Source of the DNA: a virus
Virus record (IMG/VR): IMGVR_UViG_3300008120_000012
Span: 1 to 64,000 of that record
Length of the DNA: 64,000 nucleotides
Reading direction: 5' to 3' (one strand)
In this document: positions 39,602-51,300 of the stretch, piece by piece
How the letters are laid out: each line of letters starts with the position of its first letter
Numbering within the stretch: position 1 is the first letter of the stretch
Translations under genes and position numbers: made by a program
Notes under the pieces: generated by a model
Databases searched by the model: none
What the model saw: the letters and a program-made list of their open reading frames with translations, nothing else
What the model was told of the DNA's origin: nothing

Positions 39602-40306
39602 ATGGCAACTGAAATTTATAAAATAGAAAATGTACAAACTATTGATGGTTTGAATATTGAAATACATCCATTAAAAATAAAATATATGAGACAGTTTATG
39701 GATCGTTTTTATGACATAGGAGACAACATGTCAGAAGAACAAATGATAGATATTTTATGTGACTGTGTAAGAATTTCAATGAAACAGTATGCTCCTCAAT
39801 TTTCTAAAAGCATAGAAGATGTTCAAGATAATTTTGATATAAAAACTGTATATGATATTTTAGATTTTGCTGCAGGTATAAAAATAAATAGAGAAAAGAA
39901 AAAAGAAGAGGTTCAAAGTAACTCTAACTCAGAGAGTTTGTCATGGAAAGATCTTGATTTGGTTAAATTAGAAACAGAAATTTTTCTATTAGGTATATGG
40001 AAAAGTTACGATGAACTAGAAACATCTATTTCAATACAAGAACTATTTGCCACAATCTCCTCCAGCAGAGAATTAGACTATGAAGAAAAAAGATTTTTGG
40101 CTGCAATTCAAGGAGTTAAATTAGACGGGGACCCACAGGATGAAGGCAGAAAGAAGTGGGAAGACATGAAGGCAAGAGTCTTTAGTGGTGGCGCAACAAA
40201 TGACAGCAAAGATATTTTGGCTTTACAAGGATACAATGCTCAAAAACTAGGTTTTGGTATTGGGATGGGCATAGATTACGAAGACCTAAGAACTCCTTCT
40301 AGTTAA
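39602..40306 (+). CDS. tail assembly chaperone, long (GT-like) form
   Basis: N-terminal ~95 aa is paralogous to 40358..40672. The C-terminal domain LGIWKSYDELE.SIS..EL resembles T-type chaperones. Confidence 0.7.
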   Translation: MATEIYKIENVQTIDGLNIEIHPLKIKYMRQFMDRFYDIGDNMSEEQMIDILCDCVRISMKQYAPQFSKSIEDVQDNFDIKTVYDILDFAAGIKINREKKKEEVQSNSNSESLSWKDLDLVKLETEIFLLGIWKSYDELETSISIQELFATISSSRELDYEEKRFLAAIQGVKLDGDPQDEGRKKWEDMKARVFSGGATNDSKDILALQGYNAQKLGFGIGMGIDYEDLRTPSS

Positions 40307-40357
40307 TAAAAATATCTTATTATGCTATAATTGACTTAACCTAATTAGGAGGAAATA

Positions 40358-40672
40358 ATGTCAACAACCACATACGAAGCACAAACGCTTACGCTTATGG
40401 ACGGTACAGAGGTTACTGTAAGACCTCTAAAGATATCACTACTTCGCCAATTTACCAAAAAGTTTGAGGGTATTGGTGATGTTCAAGAAGATAATGATAA
40501 GTCTATGGATCTTCTTCTTGAGTGTGTAGCAATCGCTATGCAACAATACAAGCCAGAATTGGCAGATGTAAAGAAACTGGAAGAGATTATAGATCTTCCA
40601 ACGGTCTATAAAGTAATTGAGGCTGCCTCTGGTGTTCCAATTACTGACTTGGGCCAACCAAAAATTGCATAA
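40358..40672 (+). CDS. tail assembly chaperone, short (G-like) form
   Basis: Directly upstream of the tape measure; strong SD aggagga; own TGCTATAAT at 40323. Confidence 0.7.
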   Translation: MSTTTYEAQTLTLMDGTEVTVRPLKISLLRQFTKKFEGIGDVQEDNDKSMDLLLECVAIAMQQYKPELADVKKLEEIIDLPTVYKVIEAASGVPITDLGQPKIA

Positions 40673-40688
40673 GTAAAGAGGTGAATAG

Positions 40689-43600
40689 ATGGCTGACGTA
40701 AATGCTAATATTGGCGTAAATATAGATACGTCCAATGCGTTGGCTCAGATTAAAAATCTTCAGAGACAGTTATCTGAATTCTATACCTCAATATCAAGAT
40801 CAAGCGCAACTGCTGCATTAGCACAGCGTGATCTGCAGAGAAATCTTGTCAATAGTATAAACTCTCTTGGCGGTTTCTCTGCAGAGTTGCGTACGATTAA
40901 AACTACAGCAGAATCTTTTACTAACTCATTAGAAAAAAATAAGTTCTCAATGCGGGAATATTTCCGCTATGCAGCAGCATCTACAAAAACATTCAGCAGA
41001 GTTTTTTCTTCAGAATTTGACACAATAAATAAAGTTGCAGAAGATAATGTAAAGAGACTACAGACACAATATATTAAACTTGGTCGTGATGCCAATGGAG
41101 CAATGAAGGCAATTGCTGTTATCCCTACCGAACTTAATATGAAGGACTTTTCTGTACAGACTCAAATGGCATCACAAAGACAGGCTATATTTAATCAATT
41201 AATTAAACAAGGCTCTACAAACCTTCTAAACTTTGGTAAGAATACTCAGTGGGCTGGTCGTCAGTTGATGGTTGGTTTTACTATCCCATTAACATTATTG
41301 GGTAATGTTGCAGCAAAAACATTTATGGAAATGGAAACTGCTGCTATTAAATTTAAAAAAGTGTATGGAGATATGTTTACTCCAGCAGCAGAAACACAAG
41401 CAGCATTAGATAATGTAAAGGAACTAGGTGTTGCATTTACAAGATATGGAATTGCTGTTAAGGATACTGTTTCTCTTGCTGCAGATGCAGCAGCAGCAGG
41501 TTTCCAAGGCTTAGATCTACAGAGACAGGTTACAGAAGCAACAAGGCTACAGGTACTTGGTCAGATTGATCAACAGAAGGCTCTTGAAACTACAATATCA
41601 TTACAAAATGCTTTCCAGATGTCTTCAGAAGACTTGTCTGATTCTATTAACTTTTTAAACGCAGTTGAAAACCAGACAGTCGTTTCTCTTGACGATATTA
41701 CAACCGCTATTCCAAAGGCAGCGCCAGTTGTTAAGCAATTAGGTGGTAGCGTTAAAGACTTAGCATTCTTTATGGCTGCTATGAAAGAAGGCGGTATTAA
41801 TGCATCAGAGGGTGCTAACGCATTAAAGTCTGGTCTTGCATCTCTTATTAATCCAACAGATAAAGCAAGAGAGATGATGGCAGGATTTGGCATTGATATT
41901 GATGCGATAGTAAATAAAAATGCTGGCAATGTAAAACAAACAGTTATAGAGTTTGCTATGGCATTAGATAATCTTTCTGATCTAAATCGTCAAAGAGCAA
42001 TTGAACAACTATTTGGTAAGTTCCAGTTAGCACGTCTATCTACATTATTTGAAAACGTTACAAGGTCTGGAAATCAAGCATCACGTGTTCTTGATTTAGC
42101 AACAGCGTCTACTGGTGATCTTGCAGCAATGGCTGATAAAGAATTAGGAATGACAGCCGAATCGGCAATGAATAAATTCCGTGCATCTGTTGAGCAACTA
42201 AAACTAGCACTTGTTCCAGTAGGAGAAGTATTTTTACAAACAGTTACACCAATTGTTGATGTTGTTTCTAATGTTTTAGATGCTTTTAATGATTTGTCTC
42301 CAGGAGTTAAAAAAGCAATAACTGTAATGACAGTAGCAATTGGTGGTATTGGACCAGTTGCACTTATGACATTTGGTTTGCTAAATAACGGCATTGCCAA
42401 TGCTATTAAATTATTTACAACTCTTCGTAATGGATACTTAAGACTTACAGGCCAATCTCAAATTTTAGGTGAACAGACTCAACTATTAACAACAGAGCAA
42501 CAGAATGCTGCAGCAGTAGCACACTCTTTAGATCAATCTCATGCTAGATTAACGCAAACATTTAATGTTGAAAAAGCAGCGCTTGATGGATTAGTAGGTG
42601 CTTATGCTAGAGCAACTACTGCTGCTCAAAATTTCATAATTCAAAATCCAGGCATGATGCTTCCTGGAAGAATGCCTAAGAGATATGCAAAGGGTGTTTC
42701 ATTAGTTCCAGGATCAGGTAGTGGCGATACAGTACCAGCAATGCTTGAACCAGGCGAGGCAGTCATTCCAAAGGCAATGGCAAAGAAATATGCACCACTA
42801 ATTAATGCAATGGTTGCTGGAAACATTCCAGGATATAGAAAAGGACTGGGTACTGGAACCGCAGTTGATATTCCAGGAGGATATGCAGCAGCACACTTTG
42901 GTGGAAGTTCATACAGAAGTGGTTCTGAACTTTTACAGATGGTGGAAGGACTTGATACGGCTTTTGCAAGACAAATTCGTACAATGGTTGCAGAAGTAGA
43001 AAATGGATTAGACAGAGTATTTACTGTATTTAGTAATGAAGTTGTCTCTATGTCTACAGAATTAAACAGAGCAGTTGGAAAAACGGGAAGTGGAAAGAGG
43101 GCTTCTGTAGACTTAGCAAGAACAGAATTAACAACTGGGGCATATGCACAAACTAGAGATATTGAACTACAAAGACAGTTAGAAGCAGCAGGAGTTTCTA
43201 TTGAAGATATTAGACAAATTAATAAAAAAATCACTGAAGAAATAACAACTGGATTTGGTAGATTAGGAGATATTACAGAAGTAACAGCAGAAGACCTTGA
43301 TAAGTTGATCGGTGATGCATATAAGGCAGTAGCAAAAACAGATGCAAGAGTTGATCAAGCATATAAGAATATGCAAAATATTACTACAGTAACCAATCCG
43401 CTAAATGATTCTAGAATTGCCGTTACAAATGATCCATATACCAAGGCAAGAAAATCAGGAAAATATTATGGCGGAATGACTAGAATGGTCGGAGAAGGTA
43501 ATGTTCCATATCAAGCAAATGCTAGATTTAAAATCAGTAATGCAATGGCGGGTTCTTTGGGGCTTTCATCACAAGATGCTGCTGCTATTTATAATAAATT

Positions 43601-46600
43601 CTCTAATGAAGTTAAAGTTAGATTAGCATCACTAAGAAAAGATATAACTGCATTTACTGTAGAATTTGAAAAGCAAGCAGAACTAGCAGGAATAAAAACT
43701 GGAAATGCTTACAAGGTTGGATTAGATAAAAACTTAAGAGATGTCTATGTAGAGTCTCGTCAACGTCAAAGTCCACACCCAATGGCATCAAAAGATGGAA
43801 CTGATGATGGTAATGCATACGAAACAGCAAGACAAAACGCTATCAAACAAAGACGAGTAGCAACATCACCTGGAGGAACAGTTGGTCCAGGGGGAGTTAT
43901 TATTCCACCAATGCCACCAGTAATTCCTGGCGGAGCAGAAGGCCCTATGTATGGACCAAGAAAGCCAACTTTTGTAGATAAAACTTTTGGTAGATTTAGA
44001 GGAAGATTTGGCGGAATGGCCTCTAATCCAGCAGTAGGAATGGCTGCGTCTACTGCATTCTTCGCAGCATCAATGATGCCAGGTAAGGTTGGAGAAGTTG
44101 CACAGAAGGCAATGCCAGCAGTATTTGGACTACAAGCATTGCAGATGGCGCTAAAACTTCCAATTCCGCATATCAAGGCATTTGCTGCAGTAGCACTTGC
44201 TGGTGTGGGTATATTTAAGTTAGTAAATTCTCAACTAGAAAAAAGTAGGTTGGCAATTGAAGGCTTAGGTGATGCTGCTACATTAACATCAGATAAAGCA
44301 AAAACACTTGGTAATTTCTTTGGAGTAGCACCACAAAGCACAAGACTAGAGCGTAGTGCGCTAGGTTCTGGCAGATCTGTAATGGTAGACTCACAAACAA
44401 GAACACAACTTGATGCATTACGTGCAGACGAAGGGTTTAAAAAAGATTTTGCAAAAGACATTCAATCGTTAAAAAATGCAAGTTCAAAGCAAGCAGAATT
44501 AGTTTTAAATAGTTTAGCAATACAACTAAAAGGAAAAGGTTTTGCTAAAGAGCAAATAGATTTAATTATTAAAGCATTACAAGAAGAATCTGGTAAGACA
44601 AATCTAAAAATATCTTTTGCTGATATAGATTTATCAACAGCAGAAGGTCAGGCAAAACTAAAGCAAAGCGTAACTGCTCTAACGAGGAGTTTTGGTAAAG
44701 AGTTCAAAAAAGGTTATGAATCAGAAACAAAAACAGCAGTTAGTGGTGCTACTGGAGAGATAGTAACTTGGACTGAAGAGAAACTATCAAAGGGTTTAAA
44801 GAAGAGTGTTTCAACTGCCTCTAAGGCTATTGCTGGTATGTTTAATGGATTGTCTGGACAATTGGAAAATGGATCTATTAGTTTAGATCAATTTAATCAA
44901 GGTTTTGACTCTATTATTCAGTCAATCCAAAGCATGCCACAACCTCAAAGTGCATTATTAATGCAAAACATATTTAAAAATATGCCTGGAGATATTGCTA
45001 AGGCTGCAGGAGAAATAAAGAATTTTTCAACTCAAGCATTACTTGCCAAAGCAGCATTACTTGGTGTTGAAACTATTACAAAAACAATGATAAATGCATT
45101 AAAAACTGCAGAAACAAGTTCTGATGGAGGAGCGCAAAGAGCAGCAACTCGTGTTAAAGCAAAGATCAAAAAAGACACTGATGCTGTTGCAGCAGGCATG
45201 AAAGCAATGGCTGAAGCAGCAAAGAAGGCTTTTGGAGATCTTGGTGGCGCAGGTACTGGAGAAGATAGTCCATTTGTAAAACTAAAGAAACAATTACAAG
45301 AAGCAATAACCAATGCTCAAAATTCTTCTAGAGCATTTAATCTAATGCGTCAAAATGGTGTGGGCATTGCAGAAGCACTTGAACTATCTAAAGATCCATT
45401 ATTAGCAATGGTATTAGCAACTACTAAATCTAAAAAAGAATTTAATACAATATTAAAACTAATTAGAGAAATGAACAAGGAGACAGAAAAGGGTGCATTG
45501 AAGAATTTCTTGCAAGGTCTAAAAGCAAAAAATAATTTAACAGAAGAATTTACAAAGGTTATGCCATTGCTACAAAAAATGGGATTAAAGTCTGAAGAGA
45601 TAATGGATATTCTTAATAATGCTGATGTAGCAAGAGGACTTATAAATGGTCTTAACCAAGCAAAAGATAAGGCAGCATTCTTAAAAAATTATATTGATGA
45701 AATTGTTAGGGAAAGAACTTTAAGAATCAATATAGAAATGAATACTGTTGAAGGTAAGGTCAATAAAGTAACTTCAATTGCTGGTGCTCAAATTAGATCT
45801 CTTGATGCTAGAGCAGCAGTAATACGCCGTGCAGCGCAAACTGGAAGTTATGGTGGAGATTTTTCTAAATTAAGTGGACTAAATGCAGAACAGATGGCAA
45901 AACTAAGCAAGATTAATCTTGGAGCATCTCAGGCAGCAGTAACTGCTGCTAGAAATCAAGTTACACAACAACAGAGTATTATTGCTGGCATACAAAGTCA
46001 AATAAATGCAAAACAACATCTTATTTCTTTAAATAATGCCTTGATAGACAAGCAACAGCAAGAGATTGATAAGATTGATAAGTTAATAGATAAAGAACAA
46101 GAAAGATTAAAGGCAGCAGAAGAATATGTTAAGTTAAACTTTGATGAACCATTGCAAAAACTAAATGATGAATCAAATGTTCTATCAAATAGGCTTTCTC
46201 AGATTGAGCGTCAAGAAAAAGCAATTAATGAACAGTATGATAAACAGCAAAAAGCAATGGAGGAAATGAATAAACTCAATGAAGAGGCTATTCAACAAGG
46301 TAAAACAAGAATTAGTATTGCTGATGCTTTAAGTCAGGGAGATATTTCTGCAGCAGCACAGGGTGTTCAAGATTTAAGATCTCAGCAAGCAGAGTCTCAG
46401 TCTGGTGCTATGCAGGCTGCCATGGATGCTGCTCGTCAGCAGGCACTTGGATCAATTGCTGTTGACGGAATGACAAGGGCACAGATTGAAGAAAGACAAT
46501 ATCAGATACAGCAAGAGTCATTTAAACTTGAGCAGGCTAAGGCAGAATATATTCGTAACACAGTTCTTCCAATTCAAAAAGAAATTGAAAGATTGGAAGC

Positions 46601-47657
46601 ATCTAAGATTCCATTCCAAAATGAAATTAATAGATTAACTGAGGCTAATGCTGCAATTCAAAGAGAGATAGAAGATATACAAAATAATCAACTATATGCT
46701 GCAGAACAAACACTTGATAAGTTAGAAGGTCAATTAGATGCAGCAGAAGACAAACTTGCAGCAGATGAAGCAATTGTTGAAGAGATTATTAAGCAACTAG
46801 AAGAGTCTGGCAAAACAAAAGAAGAATGGGAAAAGATTGTTGAAGAAGCAGAGGCAGCATTGGCTAAGTTTAATGCAATCCAGGCATCACTAGAAGCAGG
46901 AGAGAATGCTGCAGCAGGAATAAAGGCTATCTTAGACTCTATTAATGGAATGGTTTATACAGTAACCATTGTACAAAATGTAGTTACAGTAGGCGGAACT
47001 GTGGGCTCAACTGGTTCAAGTGGTTCAACTAGTTCAAGTGGTTCAACTGTTACAGGAACAACAACTGTTGATGGAAGAACTGTTGTAACTGGTACAAGCA
47101 CTACAGAAGATGCTCACCTATCGGCACTTGCTGGAGCATCAACAGTTAATGGAACAAAGGTAGTTGATGGTCGTACAGTAATTACTGGTACAAGTTCTAG
47201 TGGTTCAGACATATATCCAAGTTATAGTGTATATGGTGCATTTAGCGCTAAAAAATACGGTGGAAAAATTTTAAAGAGAGCAATTGGCGGTATTGTTCCA
47301 GGTATTGGATTATCTGACAAAGTTCCAACATTATTAACTCCAGGAGAATTTGTAATAAATAAAGCATCTGCTCAGGCCTTTGGCCCAATGCTTGAATCTA
47401 TTAATCAAATGCAATATCCACAAATGGCTACTAATAGAGGTTTAAGAACTGCAACACAAAAGGCTGCAGACATTGCTTTACAGAATTCAGTTGCATTATC
47501 TAAGGGAGGATACAGCGACAATAGTTCTGAGGTGTATAATTATAAGGTAGATGTTAATGTTATGGGTTCTAGCAGTAATCCAGATGAAATAGCAAATGCT
47601 GTTATGAACAAAATTAGGCAGTTAGAATCTACAACATTAAGAGGTAGGAGAGTATAA
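40689..47657 (+). CDS. tape measure protein (TP901-like core)
   Basis: 2322 aa, Ala/Lys/Glu-rich and helical; G..ASEGANALKSGL core, hydrophobic segments, two D.VP..L.PGE.VI motifs. Confidence 0.93.
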   Translation: MADVNANIGVNIDTSNALAQIKNLQRQLSEFYTSISRSSATAALAQRDLQRNLVNSINSLGGFSAELRTIKTTAESFTNSLEKNKFSMREYFRYAAASTKTFSRVFSSEFDTINKVAEDNVKRLQTQYIKLGRDANGAMKAIAVIPTELNMKDFSVQTQMASQRQAIFNQLIKQGSTNLLNFGKNTQWAGRQLMVGFTIPLTLLGNVAAKTFMEMETAAIKFKKVYGDMFTPAAETQAALDNVKELGVAFTRYGIAVKDTVSLAADAAAAGFQGLDLQRQVTEATRLQVLGQIDQQKALETTISLQNAFQMSSEDLSDSINFLNAVENQTVVSLDDITTAIPKAAPVVKQLGGSVKDLAFFMAAMKEGGINASEGANALKSGLASLINPTDKAREMMAGFGIDIDAIVNKNAGNVKQTVIEFAMALDNLSDLNRQRAIEQLFGKFQLARLSTLFENVTRSGNQASRVLDLATASTGDLAAMADKELGMTAESAMNKFRASVEQLKLALVPVGEVFLQTVTPIVDVVSNVLDAFNDLSPGVKKAITVMTVAIGGIGPVALMTFGLLNNGIANAIKLFTTLRNGYLRLTGQSQILGEQTQLLTTEQQNAAAVAHSLDQSHARLTQTFNVEKAALDGLVGAYARATTAAQNFIIQNPGMMLPGRMPKRYAKGVSLVPGSGSGDTVPAMLEPGEAVIPKAMAKKYAPLINAMVAGNIPGYRKGLGTGTAVDIPGGYAAAHFGGSSYRSGSELLQMVEGLDTAFARQIRTMVAEVENGLDRVFTVFSNEVVSMSTELNRAVGKTGSGKRASVDLARTELTTGAYAQTRDIELQRQLEAAGVSIEDIRQINKKITEEITTGFGRLGDITEVTAEDLDKLIGDAYKAVAKTDARVDQAYKNMQNITTVTNPLNDSRIAVTNDPYTKARKSGKYYGGMTRMVGEGNVPYQANARFKISNAMAGSLGLSSQDAAAIYNKFSNEVKVRLASLRKDITAFTVEFEKQAELAGIKTGNAYKVGLDKNLRDVYVESRQRQSPHPMASKDGTDDGNAYETARQNAIKQRRVATSPGGTVGPGGVIIPPMPPVIPGGAEGPMYGPRKPTFVDKTFGRFRGRFGGMASNPAVGMAASTAFFAASMMPGKVGEVAQKAMPAVFGLQALQMALKLPIPHIKAFAAVALAGVGIFKLVNSQLEKSRLAIEGLGDAATLTSDKAKTLGNFFGVAPQSTRLERSALGSGRSVMVDSQTRTQLDALRADEGFKKDFAKDIQSLKNASSKQAELVLNSLAIQLKGKGFAKEQIDLIIKALQEESGKTNLKISFADIDLSTAEGQAKLKQSVTALTRSFGKEFKKGYESETKTAVSGATGEIVTWTEEKLSKGLKKSVSTASKAIAGMFNGLSGQLENGSISLDQFNQGFDSIIQSIQSMPQPQSALLMQNIFKNMPGDIAKAAGEIKNFSTQALLAKAALLGVETITKTMINALKTAETSSDGGAQRAATRVKAKIKKDTDAVAAGMKAMAEAAKKAFGDLGGAGTGEDSPFVKLKKQLQEAITNAQNSSRAFNLMRQNGVGIAEALELSKDPLLAMVLATTKSKKEFNTILKLIREMNKETEKGALKNFLQGLKAKNNLTEEFTKVMPLLQKMGLKSEEIMDILNNADVARGLINGLNQAKDKAAFLKNYIDEIVRERTLRINIEMNTVEGKVNKVTSIAGAQIRSLDARAAVIRRAAQTGSYGGDFSKLSGLNAEQMAKLSKINLGASQAAVTAARNQVTQQQSIIAGIQSQINAKQHLISLNNALIDKQQQEIDKIDKLIDKEQERLKAAEEYVKLNFDEPLQKLNDESNVLSNRLSQIERQEKAINEQYDKQQKAMEEMNKLNEEAIQQGKTRISIADALSQGDISAAAQGVQDLRSQQAESQSGAMQAAMDAARQQALGSIAVDGMTRAQIEERQYQIQQESFKLEQAKAEYIRNTVLPIQKEIERLEASKIPFQNEINRLTEANAAIQREIEDIQNNQLYAAEQTLDKLEGQLDAAEDKLAADEAIVEEIIKQLEESGKTKEEWEKIVEEAEAALAKFNAIQASLEAGENAAAGIKAILDSINGMVYTVTIVQNVVTVGGTVGSTGSSGSTSSSGSTVTGTTTVDGRTVVTGTSTTEDAHLSALAGASTVNGTKVVDGRTVITGTSSSGSDIYPSYSVYGAFSAKKYGGKILKRAIGGIVPGIGLSDKVPTLLTPGEFVINKASAQAFGPMLESINQMQYPQMATNRGLRTATQKAADIALQNSVALSKGGYSDNSSEVYNYKVDVNVMGSSSNPDEIANAVMNKIRQLESTTLRGRRV

Positions 47658-48307
47658 TGGCTTCATCGGCATATATGACTGGCAGAAAAAGGTATGCTAG
47701 ACCACAAGCAATGCTTTGGTCTGATACGCCTGGAACTATATCAAATGGCATATATGTTCCATCAGGATATGAAAAAGGTTCTGATTTAACTAGCATTACC
47801 ACAGAAGATTATTTTATAGTGTTGTCTGATCACAACCGTTCTCCTATTAATATATCAACACAAAGATTAGAACAAAGACGAAGAATGATCAATGGAACAA
47901 TGCGTTCTTATCATATAGCAGATAAAATAGCAATATCAACTGACTGGAATAATTTACCATCAAGATCGTACAAACTAAATCCATCTTTTAATCAAATTAC
48001 TGGAAAGTCTGCATATGACCATGGCTATGGTTCTTTTACTGGATCAGAATCAGAATATACTGCTGATGGAGGTGCAGGCGGAGTAGAACTACTTGATTGG
48101 TATGAAAATCATAAAGATCCGTTCTGGGTATTTTTATCATATGATAAATATAATAATTTTGGAGATGACAATCCCGCTAGATTACATTTAGCAGAATACA
48201 GCCAGGTAGTACAAATGTACATTGCTGGATTTAACTATAGCGTTGTAAAGCGTGGCGGGAATAATATGGATTTGTGGAACATAAGTGTTTCACTAGAAGA
48301 GGTTTAA
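47657..48307 (+). CDS. distal tail (Dit-like) protein
   Basis: Directly after the TMP; RRMINGTMRSY and terminal SLEEV motifs. Confidence 0.6.
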   Translation: MASSAYMTGRKRYARPQAMLWSDTPGTISNGIYVPSGYEKGSDLTSITTEDYFIVLSDHNRSPINISTQRLEQRRRMINGTMRSYHIADKIAISTDWNNLPSRSYKLNPSFNQITGKSAYDHGYGSFTGSESEYTADGGAGGVELLDWYENHKDPFWVFLSYDKYNNFGDDNPARLHLAEYSQVVQMYIAGFNYSVVKRGGNNMDLWNISVSLEEV

Positions 48308-48308
48308 T

Positions 48309-51300
48309 GTGTGGCAAAATGATGAATTAAAAAATCATTTAGAAACATCTTTTACTGTTCAGTCTCAAACTGCAGTAGTTGCTGAATGGAATATGAACGT
48401 TCCTGGTAATATTTTTAAAATGGGTAATTATAGATATCGTAAAAATGATTCTACTTCTGATTATTTTAAAATTCCAAACTTTTTTGATCCACTTGATGAA
48501 AGTAATCATTATACCAATGCAACTGATTCAGATGTTGTTATAGAAAGTGGATTAGAAACAGATACAGTAACTCCATTATTGTTTACGTATACTAAAGAGT
48601 TAGAAAAATTATACTATTCCCTAGAAGATTGTTTTAAACCATACAGGCCAAGATCAGGAATTAACAAGGCATCATTTTTTAATAATAAATATTTTTCTCA
48701 TCCAAATCAAGATATGTATTTAAGACCAAGATATTATATGCCACACCGAGATGACCAATTTAAGTATTGGAGATCTTACAGAACCGAAAGTTTAGCATTA
48801 GAAGATGGATACGTAACTATACAAAGTAATAGTATCCCAATCCCATTGACTAGCGATAATAGCAACAAAGAGTACGGTATATCAAAATATGATAACGCTA
48901 ATGGTATATATTCAATTGACGATGCTTGTCCTTTCGTTGTTTATAAAGAGTCAGTTCCAGCAAATAGAATTATATGCAAAGTACAAACTAACATTGGAGA
49001 TATAAATCTTGGACCGTTTAAAAAAGATGGAGAAATTTTAAATGATCCATTTTATGGTCAAGAAAATGCAACAACTCCTGTAAGATTTACTATTCAATAT
49101 TTAAGTGAATATAATGAGTGGATAGATGCCTATTCATTTAATGAAGATTCGCTAAGGGATGATAATACTGATATTTTTAATAGTGACGGGTATCTAAGTT
49201 TACAGTATGGGCTAGAAGTTCCAGATGCTTTTAAAGATAACTTTATTCTTGTAGGAACATCTACATCTGCTTCATCACTACCAACAAACAATGTAAAGGG
49301 ATATGCCTATTTAGTTAAAAGTACATCTTCTAGTCTTGGTATTTTGTATATTTGGAATGGCTCTGGATATTCTCAATTTACTCCAAAGTACAGTTGGAAA
49401 ATTGGAACTGACGGTGTATATGAAAATACACAATTTGTTACTGATTTTACAAATCCAGATTATTTTATAGATAGCAATGTTTTTGGTAAAATATTTAGAG
49501 AGTTTGTTTTTATTAAAGGTCTTAGAGTTGTTGTAGAAACAATGAATGTTCCAAATGTACCATTTGAATTAATTGAACTATCTCCTAGACTAGTAGCAGA
49601 TATGACTAATAAAACTATTAGTTTTTCAACTAGTAAAGTTTTATCTGATTTGGGAAATTCGTCTATACCCGTAGGAAATTTGCTGGCATCTACTGGGTCC
49701 ATATCTATTTTTGACAATGATAGTTCTTTCAATGAAAATAATATTTGGGATGGAAATGAAGGAAGTATAATAGCAAAATATTTTGATAAAACAATTAAGT
49801 TCAATATATACGAGGTTATCAGAGAAGTAAATGATGTTAACTATTACATTCCAATAAAAACTTTGTACACTGAGGGAATGCCACAAACAAACGCTATAGA
49901 TGGCAACATAAGTTTTGCATTACGAGATTTTTATTTTTATTTTGAATCAGTTAAGGCTCCAGAAATATTAATAACAGAAGCATCTTTAAGTCAGGCAGTG
50001 GCTATTCTTTTAGACCATATTGGTTTTTCTAATTACATTTTTAAAAGACTTTCTAATGAAAAAGATCCTATAATTCCATACTTTTTTGTTGCTCCAGAAC
50101 AAAACGTTGCAGAAGTTTTAAGACAACTTGCAATATCTACACAATCAGCAATGTATTTTGATGAATACAATAATTTTGTAGTTGTTAGTAAAAATTATTT
50201 ATTAGATGAAACTGACGAAAGGCCAGTAGACATTGTGTTATATGGATCTAATAATTCATCAGAAGTTGGTATAAACAAAAACGTATACCCAAACAAACTT
50301 TCTAATATTATAGGAATATCTTCTCAAAACAAAAAAATATATAATGATGGTAATATTACATATACTGAAAGATATATTCAAAGATCTTATGGAAGTATTA
50401 AACAATCTCAAATGGTTGACCAAGATAAAACTTTTATATATAAACCAGTTTTGTTATGGGAAGTTTCTGGATCTGCTAAAACAAAAACGGCAAATAATGA
50501 AATGCAGTCAACATATGTATTGAGCGCATTACCATTAAACTCTGATCTTGATAATAATCCACCAAGTGTAGTTAATAATATTTTGATTAATAATACTATT
50601 GATTTTGGAGAAAATGTATATTGGCTTGGAAGATATCAAGGATACTTCTATGCTGCTGGAGAAATAATTAGATTTGATGCAGTTCAATATAATATACCAG
50701 GGGTGGGCAATGAATGGATAACCAGTGGTTTAGAGTATCAAAAATATTTTTCACAACTGCCATTTAATGGAAAGATGTATCCTACTGGATTAGTAAGAAT
50801 ATACGCAGAGCCATATTATGAAACAATTAATGGCAATACTGTGTTAAAAAACGGCGAGGTAGCACAACACGGCAGAGAACAATTTGGAACTACTATACAA
50901 TATCATAATGCTGGATTAGATAGTTATTGGTCAAGCAATGATTATGTTCAGGGTTGCGATATGCAATCAGAGTTACTGTATACAACAAAAATTGACCCTA
51001 CACTTCCTGCAGTTACCAATGGTGTTGCTGGTCTAAATAAAAGTAAAGCAGAAAAATCAAAAAGAAATGGTATTATTAAAAACTTATTTGCAACTTCATA
51101 TGCAACTGAAACAGATGTACCATTATTAAAAACTACTCAAACTGGAACAATACAATCTTCCGCTCTTGTTTTTAATGGACCTATATTTGAAGCCACAGAA
51201 AAATCAAGGGACTTTGTTTCATATGTTTGGAAAGAGTTAGACAGGCCTTTTAAATGTTTTGGAACAAGAATGAGAATTATTGGAAGAATTGAATCTAACG

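Noticed and set aside
48305-48314. Possible frameshift at the start of the hub gene (TAATG ATG is out of frame)
   Set aside because: An in-frame GTG at 48309 lies just after a gagg SD-like sequence, so no recoding is needed. A 2-bp tg duplication or sequencing error cannot be excluded.
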